64,000 nucleotides of DNA. Source: Candidatus Dormiibacterota bacterium (GTDB taxonomy: Bacteria; Chloroflexota; Dormibacteria; Aeolococcales; Aeolococcaceae). Below the pieces are notes generated by a model. The model ran no database searches, was not told the DNA's origin, and saw nothing but the letters and a program-made list of their open reading frames with translations. The translations under genes were made by a program, and so were the position numbers. The stretch lies in the NCBI GenBank assembly GCA_963800175.1, contig CAWCZS010000002.1, positions 960,328 to 1,024,327 of the forward strand, written 5' to 3'. Shown piece by piece: positions 54,183 to 63,028 of this stretch (position 1 is the first letter of the stretch; the number at the start of each line of letters is the position of its first letter).

Positions 54183-54686
54183 TGAAGGTTATCTGGATCG
54201 CGATAGGTGTGTTGGTCGGCGCTAGCGCCAGTGTGCCCGTCGTCATTCTTACGGCTCGCGATGCCACGAGCGTTGCGCCCGGGGCGCCCACACGCTGCAC
54301 GCTCGGATACGACAACGAAGCGTACAGGTCAGGTTCACCGGGGATAACGCCTCGGGCGAGTGCGACATCTGGCAGACTCTCGATGTCCTGTGGTATGCGT
54401 CGACCACGACCTTGGCCGCAGGACGCAGTGGTGTGCAGCGGGCCCACGGCGAGCCTGTCTCGGACGGTTGTCGACGACGGCGCACAGCTACTCGGCACGC
54501 GAAGCGTGTGCGAGCCTCAACAACTGGGTCAAAGGGGGCCAGCTCAGCGTCCATGACCTCGCGCGGGCCTGGCTTGATGGCCGTCTTGAGGTCACACCCG
54601 AAGATCTGGTTTCGTGCGCGGGTGTATTTTTTGGCGAACCTCGAGCACCGGTGCATGTTCGAGTCAGCCAGGAGCAACCCCGTTGA
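54183..54686 (+). CDS. Hypothetical membrane-anchored protein (frame uncertain)
   Basis: GTG start followed by a TM helix (VIWIAIGVLVGASASVPVVIL). A protein-like C-terminus is in ORF 54360..54686. Confidence 0.25.
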
Positions 54687-55179
54687 GGAGGTCCTCAGGA
54701 GCGTCCCAGCGGCTCGGCATGATGAGGGCAACCAGGAAGGCTTCTGCGGTCAGTAGGCCACCTGCAAGGCCGATGATGGAAGCGCGCTTGCCCGCGCCAC
54801 CTGAGGCGTTCGCCTTCCTCGTACCCAGCAAGCCGAGCAGCGCAGCAATCATGCCAATGGACAGCGCGAAGAGCCACATCACTGTACTCCGCAACCCGAA
54901 TGCCCCAAACAGGAACGTCGGAGCCGGGCCACTAAGATCATTGCTATAGCGATAGTCAGACGGGCCGGGGAAGATCGCTGCGATCGCGATCAGCGCCAGG
55001 GCAATGCCGGCGAATAGCGCGGCGACCATGCCCTGCCGATCGGGCTGCCCTGGTCGTACGTATCGCGAGGACGCGAAGGCAAAGGAGGCATCGTCGGTCG
55101 TGATGCACCTTCCGAGCTTACTCCACGCGAAGGTCGGGCTCACCGCAGCACGCAGATTGCAGGGACGAACTTGGATCAT
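54664..55179 (-). CDS. Hypothetical membrane protein
   Basis: 171-aa ORF with 3-4 predicted TM helices. Confidence 0.4.
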   Translation of the reverse strand: MIQVRPCNLRAAVSPTFAWSKLGRCITTDDASFAFASSRYVRPGQPDRQGMVAALFAGIALALIAIAAIFPGPSDYRYSNDLSGPAPTFLFGAFGLRSTVMWLFALSIGMIAALLGLLGTRKANASGGAGKRASIIGLAGGLLTAEAFLVALIMPSRWDAPEDLLNGVAPG

Positions 55180-55249
55180 CGGTAGCAGGCTCTGCCATAT
55201 TCCGCAACCCGCGGCGGGTGGTCCGCCGCGTGCAGAGCTCGTGATTCAG

Positions 55250-55945
55250 CTAACCGCCGCCCACTGAAGCGATCTTCGCGGCTTGAGCGGTCGCCACTCC
55301 CGGCCCCATCGCGTTGGTCACGAAGCCGACGTTGCTCAGCGCATATTCACCGCAGAGCCAGGCGCCTTCTTGGAAGGTCACCGCGATACCAGTGTCGCCT
55401 TGGAGTGTGCCGATCCATTCTTCGGCCCCGATCGCGGTGCCGATCTTGGGCTTGAGCGTCTGCGTAATCCTTGTGAACCCGCTCTTGAACGATAGGACCA
55501 GGCGTGAGTAGTCAGCTGTCGCCGCCGCCGGGGACGCGTAGTGGTACATCTGGATTTCGAAGAAGACCAGATGTCCAGAGTCCTCGTAGTCCCGCTTGTC
55601 CGTATACGCCACCCCACTGATCTGGCCGTCGCTGACGACGTGCAACCCGGCTCCAGGCTTCGCTCCCGCTGCAGCGGCAACCTCGGCGGCTGTCAACATC
55701 ACCGGGGTGATGTCTCCGGTCGCGAAGGCCGGAGCGACTGAAGGGGTTTCGGTGGGGACCGCAGTTGGTACGGCTGTTGCGCTCGGCGTCGGTGTCGCGC
55801 TTGCGGCGGTCGAAGTCGACTTTGTCGGACCGCTGCCACAGGCAGCCGAGACCACCACGATTGCTCCAACTCCGCCCAGCTGGAACCAACTCGACACAAC
55901 TCGACGAAGACGGCTGGACAGCGATGCAGACCGCGGCATGGTGGT
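55250..55945 (-). CDS. Hypothetical secreted lipoprotein
   Basis: Signal peptide with lipobox (VVVSAACGSG), a Thr/Ala/Pro-rich linker, then a globular domain. Confidence 0.5.
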   Translation of the reverse strand, partial: TTMPRSASLSSRLRRVVSSWFQLGGVGAIVVVSAACGSGPTKSTSTAASATPTPSATAVPTAVPTETPSVAPAFATGDITPVMLTAAEVAAAAGAKPGAGLHVVSDGQISGVAYTDKRDYEDSGHLVFFEIQMYHYASPAAATADYSRLVLSFKSGFTRITQTLKPKIGTAIGAEEWIGTLQGDTGIAVTFQEGAWLCGEYALSNVGFVTNAMGPGVATAQAAKIASVGGG

Positions 55946-56616
55946 CATCGGACGTCTCGAACCTGAGCGCTGGTGGCAGCGCTGTGCGTGGGTGCGTTCC
56001 GCCACGCTGCACCGTCCCACCACTGATCATGCGTTGCATCGCGCGTTGCCCCAGCTGGGATCTCGCGAGCAGCGTCGTGCCACGCCGACCCGTCCCACCA
56101 AGCGTCGCGCTCTGGGGACATCACAAATCCATGCAGTCGCAGCATCGCCGGGACTCGCCGTCCATGTGGTGCAAATGCAGCGACCATGAGCAGGCCGGAG
56201 ATTGCCACCTCGATCGCGATGAAGATGAGGGCATGCGCAGGCGGCGTGGCAACGCCGAGATCCGGCGCGCCAAGTTGTTGACCCCCGCCGACGTACCAGC
56301 TGACCCACACCGCTTCGCCGACGAAGTAGCCTGACATGCAGAGGAGGAGGATCGCGATGCGAGCCTGGCGCGCGAGTGCAACCGACGTCATTCCCAGCAG
56401 GTAGAGCGCCGAGATCCACCCAGAGGTCACGACCAAGGTGATCGTCCCGTCGTAGTCGCCTTCCTCCGCGTTCCACGCGAAACAACCGAAGAGGAAGAAG
56501 GCGCCGAGCATGGCAAGCATCATCACGACGACGATCTCTGAAGCAGGGGTCCGATCTGGCGCGGGTGCCCCTCGCATCTCCAGGTTCAGTGCCGGCGTTC
56601 CTTCGATCTGATCCAT
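55945..56616 (-). CDS. Hypothetical membrane protein with WWDG(S/A)AW C-terminal repeats
   Basis: 4 TM helices. C-terminal WWDGSAWHDA and WWDGAAWRNA repeats. Confidence 0.45.
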   Translation of the reverse strand: MDQIEGTPALNLEMRGAPAPDRTPASEIVVVMMLAMLGAFFLFGCFAWNAEEGDYDGTITLVVTSGWISALYLLGMTSVALARQARIAILLLCMSGYFVGEAVWVSWYVGGGQQLGAPDLGVATPPAHALIFIAIEVAISGLLMVAAFAPHGRRVPAMLRLHGFVMSPERDAWWDGSAWHDAAREIPAGATRDATHDQWWDGAAWRNAPTHSAATSAQVRDVR

Positions 56617-56723
56617 GACGCTACTCCCTATTCCGAGGACAATCGCATGGTGCTGTTGTCCTTGGCACCTCGATCCTCGCTCCGCCCGGGCGCCGCCGCA
56701 TCGGTGTCATCCCGCTTCCGTCG

Positions 56724-57410
56724 TTAGGGCTTTCCCTCATCCCCGTTGCCTGCGATGTTCCGCCCCCCGCTGCGAAGCCAGCTGAGCACGGAGAGCACGC
56801 GGCGATTGTCGTCACCGGTCGATTCGATGTCGAGTTTCGAGAAGATGGCGCTCACATGTGCCTCCACGGTCTTGGGGCTGAGGAAGAGACGCTCGCCGAT
56901 AGCGCGATTCGACCGGCCCTCGGCCATGAGGGCGAGGACTTCCTGCTCGCGCGGGGTGAGCGTGTCGAGCGGGTCGACCTCGCGTCGCCGCTGCACGAGG
57001 CGGGACACGATGGCGGCGTCGATCACTGATCGGCCGGCCGCCACCGTGCGCACGGCCGCGACCAGCTCCGCGACGTCGCCGACGCGATCCTTGAGCAGAT
57101 AGCCGACGCCGTCCGCACCGCGTGCGAGCAGCTGCATCGCGTAGTGGGTCTCGACATACTGCGAAAGGAGCAGCACGCCGACCGCGGGATGGCGCTCGCG
57201 CAGCACGAGCGCTGCCTCGAGCCCCTCGGTGCTGTGGGTCGGTGGCATCCGAATATCGACGATGCACGCATCGGGGGGGTCGGCATCGACCGCAGCGAGC
57301 AGCGCGGCTCCGTCGCCAACCTGCGCGATGACCTCGAAACCGGCGTCGACGAGGATGCGGCTCAAACCCTCGCTGAGCAGAACGGAGTTGTCCGCGATGA
57401 TCACGCGCAT
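56724..57410 (-). CDS. Two-component response regulator, NarL/LuxR family
   Basis: REC domain (acid pocket DNSV, phospho-acceptor D in CIVDIRMPP) plus a LuxR HTH (LTPREQEVLALMAEGRSNRAIGERLFLSPKTVEAHVSAIFSKL). Confidence 0.9.
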   Translation of the reverse strand: MRVIIADNSVLLSEGLSRILVDAGFEVIAQVGDGAALLAAVDADPPDACIVDIRMPPTHSTEGLEAALVLRERHPAVGVLLLSQYVETHYAMQLLARGADGVGYLLKDRVGDVAELVAAVRTVAAGRSVIDAAIVSRLVQRRREVDPLDTLTPREQEVLALMAEGRSNRAIGERLFLSPKTVEAHVSAIFSKLDIESTGDDNRRVLSVLSWLRSGGRNIAGNGDEGKP

Positions 57411-59167
57411 GGCAAGTCCATCCGTATCCGGGTGCCTCCACCGAGCGGGCTGTCGACGTCGATCGTGCCATCGAGTGCTCCGACTTGATCGACGAGGCCG
57501 CGCAGCCCGCTGCCCCGATCCGGTTTTGCTCCGCCGACGCCGTCATCCTCGATGACCACGGTGAGATGTCCCGCCGTGGTGCTCGCCGTCACGACGACAG
57601 CGGTAGCGGCTCCGTGTTTGGCGACATTTGTCAGCGCCTCGCAGACCGCGAAATATGCGGCGGCCTCAACTGCGTCGGGGAGACGGCCGGCGATGTCGGT
57701 GTGCACGGTCACGGGCAGCGGCGCCTGCTCCGCGAGCGACTCCAGAGCGGGCGCGAGCCCGGCGTCGGTGAGGATCGCGGGGCGGATGCCCGCAGCCAGC
57801 GCACGCAACTCCGCGAGCGCCGTGCGGAGCTGCTCCTCCGCAACACGGATCACGTCGCGGGCCTTCTCCGTCTGGCCCGTTTCGAGCCGGGCGCTGATCT
57901 GCCCGAGGCTCATCGAGAGAGCGATGAGTCGTTGCTGAGCGCCGTCGTGCAGATCGCGCTCGAGACGCCGGCGCTCCTCGTCGGCAACCTTCACCAGCCG
58001 CGCACGCGATTCCCGCACCTGCGCGAGGCGAGCACGAAGGGCGGCCTGGAGGCGCTCGTTCTCGATGGCGAGCGAGGCGGCGGCGGCGACGCCCGCAACC
58101 AGTGCCGGGTCGTGCTCGAGCGAGTGATCGTGGACGAGCGCGGCCACCTCCTGCCCATGCCGCTCGAGCAGCGTGGCCGTGCGTGAAGACGAGGCATCAG
58201 GGAGTTTGGTGGGACGACCGTCGCTGTCGACCCACCCCTGACGACGGGGCACCCTGTATGCAATCGTCACGGAGGGATCTCGGAGCGCGCGGGCAAGCGC
58301 GTCGCGCAGTTCGCCCGACGGCGGCGAGGCGCCCAGTTCAACGACGAGGTGGCCGATCGCCGCGACGGCAAGGCGGCTGCGCACCAGCCCGACGACGAAC
58401 GTGATCGGCAGGCTCGCGAGCGCGATGGGCGTTGCGATGGGCAGCACGTTCTGCAACCAGGGCGCTGACGTGGTCAGCGCGGGGGTACTGAGGACGATGA
58501 CCGCAAGGAGCATCGGCCCGCTCGCCCAGAACGCCGGCGCGAGCGCACGCCGCGCAGGCAGCGTCCCGCGCCGGTAGTGGAGCCCGATCACCGCAACGAC
58601 ACCTATCGAGACCGCGACGTTGATGGACTCCTGTACGGCTTCAGCGACGTCGTGCTGCACTGCGTCGTGGTGCAAGGCGAAGACGTCGATGCTCGACGGC
58701 GTGGCGAAAAGGATTTCGGGAAATACGTTCCCGCACAGTGCGACGGCATACGCCAGCCCCACGATTGCTCTGTCGAGCCGCGTCTCAAGGCGCCCCGAGG
58801 GAAACGCGACCACGAGGTGGCCGAGTAGGCCGAACCAGGCGATGTTGAGGAGCAGGCCGACGGCGTCAAGTTGCGGGGAGGGCGTGTAGACCAGGTCGCC
58901 AACGCACCATCCAATCCCAGCGGCCGTCATGAGCATGCCGGTTCGGTTTGCTGGGCGACGCAGCCAAGCGATGCCGCCGACGATCACGTAGGTGAGGGCT
59001 CCAAGCGCGTGCAGCAGCGTCGCCGCCGCTGACGGATGATCCCTTCCGACGATTCCGCCGATCAGCGCCAAAACGACAACAGCGACCCCGGCCGTCATTG
59101 CCGCGAACGGACGCGCCGCGCTGCGATTGACGCGGCTGCTCAAACCGACGGCGACGGCCGTACTCAC
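57401..59167 (-). CDS. Sensor histidine kinase (HisKA_3 + HATPase_c) with ~340-aa polytopic N-terminal membrane domain
   Basis: H-box ERRRLERDLHDGAQQRL, HATPase motifs (EALTNVAKHG, DDGVGG, GSGLRGL). About 9 TM helices precede the kinase core. Overlaps the response regulator gene by 10 bp. Confidence 0.85.
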   Translation of the reverse strand: MSTAVAVGLSSRVNRSAARPFAAMTAGVAVVVLALIGGIVGRDHPSAAATLLHALGALTYVIVGGIAWLRRPANRTGMLMTAAGIGWCVGDLVYTPSPQLDAVGLLLNIAWFGLLGHLVVAFPSGRLETRLDRAIVGLAYAVALCGNVFPEILFATPSSIDVFALHHDAVQHDVAEAVQESINVAVSIGVVAVIGLHYRRGTLPARRALAPAFWASGPMLLAVIVLSTPALTTSAPWLQNVLPIATPIALASLPITFVVGLVRSRLAVAAIGHLVVELGASPPSGELRDALARALRDPSVTIAYRVPRRQGWVDSDGRPTKLPDASSSRTATLLERHGQEVAALVHDHSLEHDPALVAGVAAAASLAIENERLQAALRARLAQVRESRARLVKVADEERRRLERDLHDGAQQRLIALSMSLGQISARLETGQTEKARDVIRVAEEQLRTALAELRALAAGIRPAILTDAGLAPALESLAEQAPLPVTVHTDIAGRLPDAVEAAAYFAVCEALTNVAKHGAATAVVVTASTTAGHLTVVIEDDGVGGAKPDRGSGLRGLVDQVGALDGTIDVDSPLGGGTRIRMDLPCA

Positions 59168-59321
59168 GGGCAGATTGTCACACGCGTCTCAGCAGGAAAA
59201 GGTAGGGAAAGCCCTCGGTTTATCAGCGGGTTCTCGCGCATGTCAGGCGTTCGAGGCGTTGCTAGGATCGCCGTGCAGCGAGCTGACGCACCAGCGTTCA
59301 GGGCTGCGAACGGAGACAGAC

Positions 59322-60794
59322 ATGGCAACCGAGGCGGCACGCAGGCCGACGACCGGAGCCCAGCTCGGGTACGGCAGGCTTGCCGCGCTCAACGCCTTCT
59401 GGTTCGGCGGTGGCGCTCATTGGCAGCCGATCAGCATTGCGCTGCTCCCGGTGGGTGCCATGCTCGTCTCCCGCCACGCTCCCGAACTGGTGGTGGGGCG
59501 CGCAACAGCGGCGGGCGGGATTTTCGCCATGCTTGTCCCGATCCTCGCCGGCCATCTGAGCGACCGGACCTCGTCGCGCTGGGGCCGGCGCCGGCCTTGG
59601 ATGGTGATCGGCACCCTCTTCAACGTGATCGGGCTCGGCCTGCTCGCCTTCGCGGGCAGCCCGGCGATGGTGATCGTCGCCTACGTTTTTGTCCAGGCCA
59701 GCAATAACGCGGCCAGCGCCGCCTATGCCGGCGTGATCCCCGACGTGGTGCCCCCCGCTGAGCGCGGACGCGCCAGCGGGCTGCTCGGCACCATGAACCA
59801 GCTCGGCACGGTGGTGGGGGTTGGGCTGGTCGGGGTCGTGCTCGCGGAGCTCGGCAGCAACCGGAGCGGGCTGATCTTCGGCTACGCGGTGATCGTCGTC
59901 ATCCTCATCGCCTCGCTCGTGATCTCTGTTCGGGCGATACACGAGGCGCCGTCGCAGTTCGCGCGGGTCAAACCCGGCGCCCTTCGACGGATCCCGCCGA
60001 TGGTGACTGTGGCCACGATCGCATTCGTTGTCGCGCTCGTTGCTGTGCTCGCTGTGCTCGTCTTTCCCCTCGGCACCGTCGCGTGGGCGGTCGGCGCGGT
60101 TGCAGTTGTGGCCGGTGCGATCGCGGTGGGCACGGGGCTGCAGGTGCCGGTGATTCGCGGCTTCCTTTCGCCCTTCGCCAACCACGACTTTTTCTGGGTG
60201 TTCCTCACCCGCTTTCTCACCACGCTGGGGATCTGGTCGGTGCTGCCGTTCGTGGCCTTCTATTTCCAGGACGTCGTGGGTCTCCACAACGCTGGCGCGG
60301 CAAGTGCGATCTGGCTTCTGGCTGTGATCGGTGGGGCGATCCTGCCGTCGATCATCGGTGGCCACCTCTCCGATCGCCTTGGCCGGCGCAAGGTCTTCGT
60401 CTACCTCTCCAGCGGCATTCAGGCGGCGGTCGTGTCAGTGCTCGTGTTCGGGTTGGTCACCTCGCTGCCGGTGATGTACGTGCTCGGCATTTGCTTCGGG
60501 ATCGGCTACGGGATGTACTACGCCGTCGACTGGGCGCTCGCCTGCGACGTCCTCCCGGATTGCGAGGGTGCGGCGGGCAAGGACATGGGCTTGTGGCACA
60601 CGTCGTTCACGCTGCCGCAGGCGCTCGCACCAGCAGTGCTCGCAGGTGTCCTCTACTACTTCAACCAGGCGGGGCACACCGTCATCGGACTCAGCACCGG
60701 CCACAACCTCGGATTCCGGCTCGTCTTCGGCGGTGCCGCGCTCTGGTTCATTCTCGGGACCGTCATGGTCAGCCAGATCCGTGGCGTGCGATGA
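59322..60794 (+). CDS. MFS transporter (LplT-like candidate)
   Basis: Clean 490-aa ORF with 12 TM helices and MFS motif-A-like GHLSDRTSSRWGRRRPWM / GHLSDRLGRRKV. Confidence 0.8.
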   Translation: MATEAARRPTTGAQLGYGRLAALNAFWFGGGAHWQPISIALLPVGAMLVSRHAPELVVGRATAAGGIFAMLVPILAGHLSDRTSSRWGRRRPWMVIGTLFNVIGLGLLAFAGSPAMVIVAYVFVQASNNAASAAYAGVIPDVVPPAERGRASGLLGTMNQLGTVVGVGLVGVVLAELGSNRSGLIFGYAVIVVILIASLVISVRAIHEAPSQFARVKPGALRRIPPMVTVATIAFVVALVAVLAVLVFPLGTVAWAVGAVAVVAGAIAVGTGLQVPVIRGFLSPFANHDFFWVFLTRFLTTLGIWSVLPFVAFYFQDVVGLHNAGAASAIWLLAVIGGAILPSIIGGHLSDRLGRRKVFVYLSSGIQAAVVSVLVFGLVTSLPVMYVLGICFGIGYGMYYAVDWALACDVLPDCEGAAGKDMGLWHTSFTLPQALAPAVLAGVLYYFNQAGHTVIGLSTGHNLGFRLVFGGAALWFILGTVMVSQIRGVR

Positions 60795-61477
60795 GCGTCG
60801 CGATCCCGCCGGCCGATCTGCTCCCAGTACAGCGCAAGGCGACGCTCACATACCGGCTCATGCGGGTGTTGCTGCTGCCGGTGTTCCACGTGCTGTTCGT
60901 CTTTCAGGTGGCGGGTCGCCGCCACGTGCCCGGAGGGGAGAACTTCGTGCTCATCGCCAACCATCTCAACTGGCTCGATTCGTTTGCTATCACGGCTTCG
61001 TTCCCACCGGAGCCGCGAATGCACTTTCTCGGCGATCCTGCCGGCCTCCAGACCCGCCGATTCCCGTGGGCGTTCATCCGACGGATCGGCGGCTACATCC
61101 CCGTCAACACCCGAACGGGCAGCGGACGGGCGCTGTATGAGCACGTCGATAAGTGTCTGCAGCGGGGCGGAACGGTCGTGCTGTTTCCCGAAGGCCAGTA
61201 CGGCCTCGAAGGGGAGGTCGGTGCATTGAAAAAGGGCTTCGCGCATTTCGCCATCGAGAACGGTGTGCGTGTGCTCCCGGTCGGGCTCTCGGGCACCAAG
61301 GACCTCTGGTTGCGCAAAAGGATCCTCGTGTTGATCGGAGAGCCGATCGACCCGGCCGGTCTCAGCGTGGACGGTCTTGTTGCCGAAGGACATCGTCAGC
61401 TGGCTGCTCTGGTTCCCATATATCGTGATCCCCGCGGACCTCGGTTCCTGCGGAAGCGGCTCACCAATCTGTTCTAG
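60791..61477 (+). CDS. 1-acylglycerol-3-phosphate / lysophospholipid acyltransferase (PlsC family)
   Basis: HxxxxD block IANHLNWLD, FPEG block and VLPVGLSG. The ATG overlaps the MFS stop (ATGA). Confidence 0.8.
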   Translation: MSVAIPPADLLPVQRKATLTYRLMRVLLLPVFHVLFVFQVAGRRHVPGGENFVLIANHLNWLDSFAITASFPPEPRMHFLGDPAGLQTRRFPWAFIRRIGGYIPVNTRTGSGRALYEHVDKCLQRGGTVVLFPEGQYGLEGEVGALKKGFAHFAIENGVRVLPVGLSGTKDLWLRKRILVLIGEPIDPAGLSVDGLVAEGHRQLAALVPIYRDPRGPRFLRKRLTNLF

Positions 61478-61657
61478 ATTCTGGCGCGCAGGTGATTGGC
61501 CACGTCGCAAGCATCAACCACGGCGCCAGATATGTTTGCTGTCAGCACTTTACAGAGGTCGAAATGACCGTGCTCCGGTGGATGGCGAGATGCCAGTGAC
61601 GCGGATGAATAGCGCCGTTGTTGCGCGGCTCCGTGGTCGTTTTCCGGGGTTAGAGGC

Positions 61658-62209
61658 GTGAGCACGTTCGGAGTGCTCTCGTGGTGGGGGACCCTTACTG
61701 CGGCATTCGTTTGCACGGCGATGGGGTGGGTGATTCACCGCCTCAACGTGCATGATCGGCCGAGAGAGTCCCGTTTTGATTACGTACAAGATGAATGGAA
61801 GGCACTGTGCTTTGCCGGCGCGGGCCTCATCTTTCTCGTCGCGACCGTTGCCATCTCCCCGTGGTGGGCCTGGGCGATGTACGTCGCGGTACTTGCCAGC
61901 GTCGCGACAATCGGCCTTGAGATCAGACATCACAAGAACGATTTGGCGACGTTCCTGAGCACGACGCCGGCCGAACCGATCCCGCCTATGGCGACCCAGG
62001 ACGCAGGGTGGCGGCCTTATCCCCGGTGGCGGCCGATCCGACTGTGGTGCCTCGTGTTCGGTCATCGTTGGCGCCGTGTGGTCAGTACGAACCGTCCGAC
62101 GTTGGACGAGTTCAGAGACGACTACGACTTGATCGTGACGGCGATCCAGTGTCGACGCTGCGGAGAGATCGGTGACGTCAAGGACGCGTTGCGGCGGAAG
62201 GCTTCTTGA
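61658..62209 (+). CDS. Hypothetical membrane protein with C-terminal Cys/His motif
   Basis: 3 TM helices. The C-terminal segment is CLVFGHRWRR...CRRCGE. Confidence 0.4.
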   Translation: MSTFGVLSWWGTLTAAFVCTAMGWVIHRLNVHDRPRESRFDYVQDEWKALCFAGAGLIFLVATVAISPWWAWAMYVAVLASVATIGLEIRHHKNDLATFLSTTPAEPIPPMATQDAGWRPYPRWRPIRLWCLVFGHRWRRVVSTNRPTLDEFRDDYDLIVTAIQCRRCGEIGDVKDALRRKAS

Positions 62210-62294
62210 GGCGCCGTGGCGAAATGGCACGAAGGTAGGCTGAACCCGGCCCGGTCAGGGGCGTACGCCCTGCTGAGAGTGGACGAGGCTGCGT

Positions 62295-62423
62295 CTATCC
62301 GCAGGCTTGCTGGCTACATTGAATGGCATTGAACAAGACGTCGATGAATAGGTAAACACCTGTACCGAGCGCGAGGATGATCACGCCGACGATCACCCAC
62401 CCAAGAGGCGACTCGATCTTCAC
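62295..62423 (-). CDS. Small hydrophobic peptide (42 aa) in a lower-GC segment
   Basis: GTG-initiated MKIESPLGWVIVGVIILALGTGVYLFIDVLFNAIQCSQQACG has a single TM helix. Local GC is visibly lower than in flanking sequence. Confidence 0.25.
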   Translation of the reverse strand: MKIESPLGWVIVGVIILALGTGVYLFIDVLFNAIQCSQQACG

Positions 62424-62712
62424 CTTGGAGGCCAGCGTACATCTTGCTCGGTGGCCGCGTGACGACACATTCCAGCGGTACCGACAAGGTAGGCCTGTAG
62501 GCGTTTGATGGGCATGAAGTTGAAGTCTCGAGCGCCGTCTCCCTGAGAGCGTTGGCGAGGCCCGACGTGGTGGTCCGCCCGCGCGCCGCTACCCGCATCA
62601 GTTCCACGCGATTCGAACGGAATCCAAGACGCGCGCTCTAGTCGTGTTTCCAACCATTTTCCGACGAAACCACTCTAAATCGAACTCAGCACTCGTCGGG
62701 AAATGAGGACTA

Positions 62713-62888
62713 ATCTGGGGGACCAGGGGTCGCAGGTTCGAAGTCCTGTCTCCCCGATTCGCAGCCCATTTCACTGCAGTGAAGCCATTTCCACTCAGTA
62801 GCAGCCGATTCCAACTCCTGGGGATCAGTCACTTTGCAGGGACTAGTACTCATTCCCTGATTGATGTTCTTTCCTGCAAAACCACTCT
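62713..62888 (+). repeat. Direct repeat copy 2 (3' half of tRNA-Pro + ~135 bp); candidate attR / pseudo-tRNA remnant
   Basis: Matches 53622..53797 with one extra A in the T-loop and scattered substitutions. The upstream sequence gtcgggaaatgagg resembles a degraded tRNA 5' half. Confidence 0.7.
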
Positions 62889-63028
62889 ATGAAGCGCCAC
62901 GAGAATCCTGGAGACGATGGCGAGGCCAATGCCCGACGATGAGCGGCAGCGCGAAGGCCTGATGAAGCAGGACACTTGGGCGGCGGTCAGGCAGAGGACT
63001 CAACTCAACGACAGAGGGTTTCCCAAGA

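Noticed and set aside
53665-62712. Search for an integrase, recombinase or transposase within the putative island
   Set aside because: No ORF in any frame shows tyrosine-recombinase (R..H..R..Y) or serine-recombinase signatures. The island is therefore called integrase-less rather than assigned a mobility gene.
62640-62713. Possible second full-length tRNA immediately upstream of repeat copy 2
   Set aside because: The sequence gtcgggaaatgagg...ctggggg resembles a tRNA 5' half with the D-arm deleted, but it cannot form an acceptor stem with the downstream CTCCCCGA. At most it is a pseudo-tRNA remnant.
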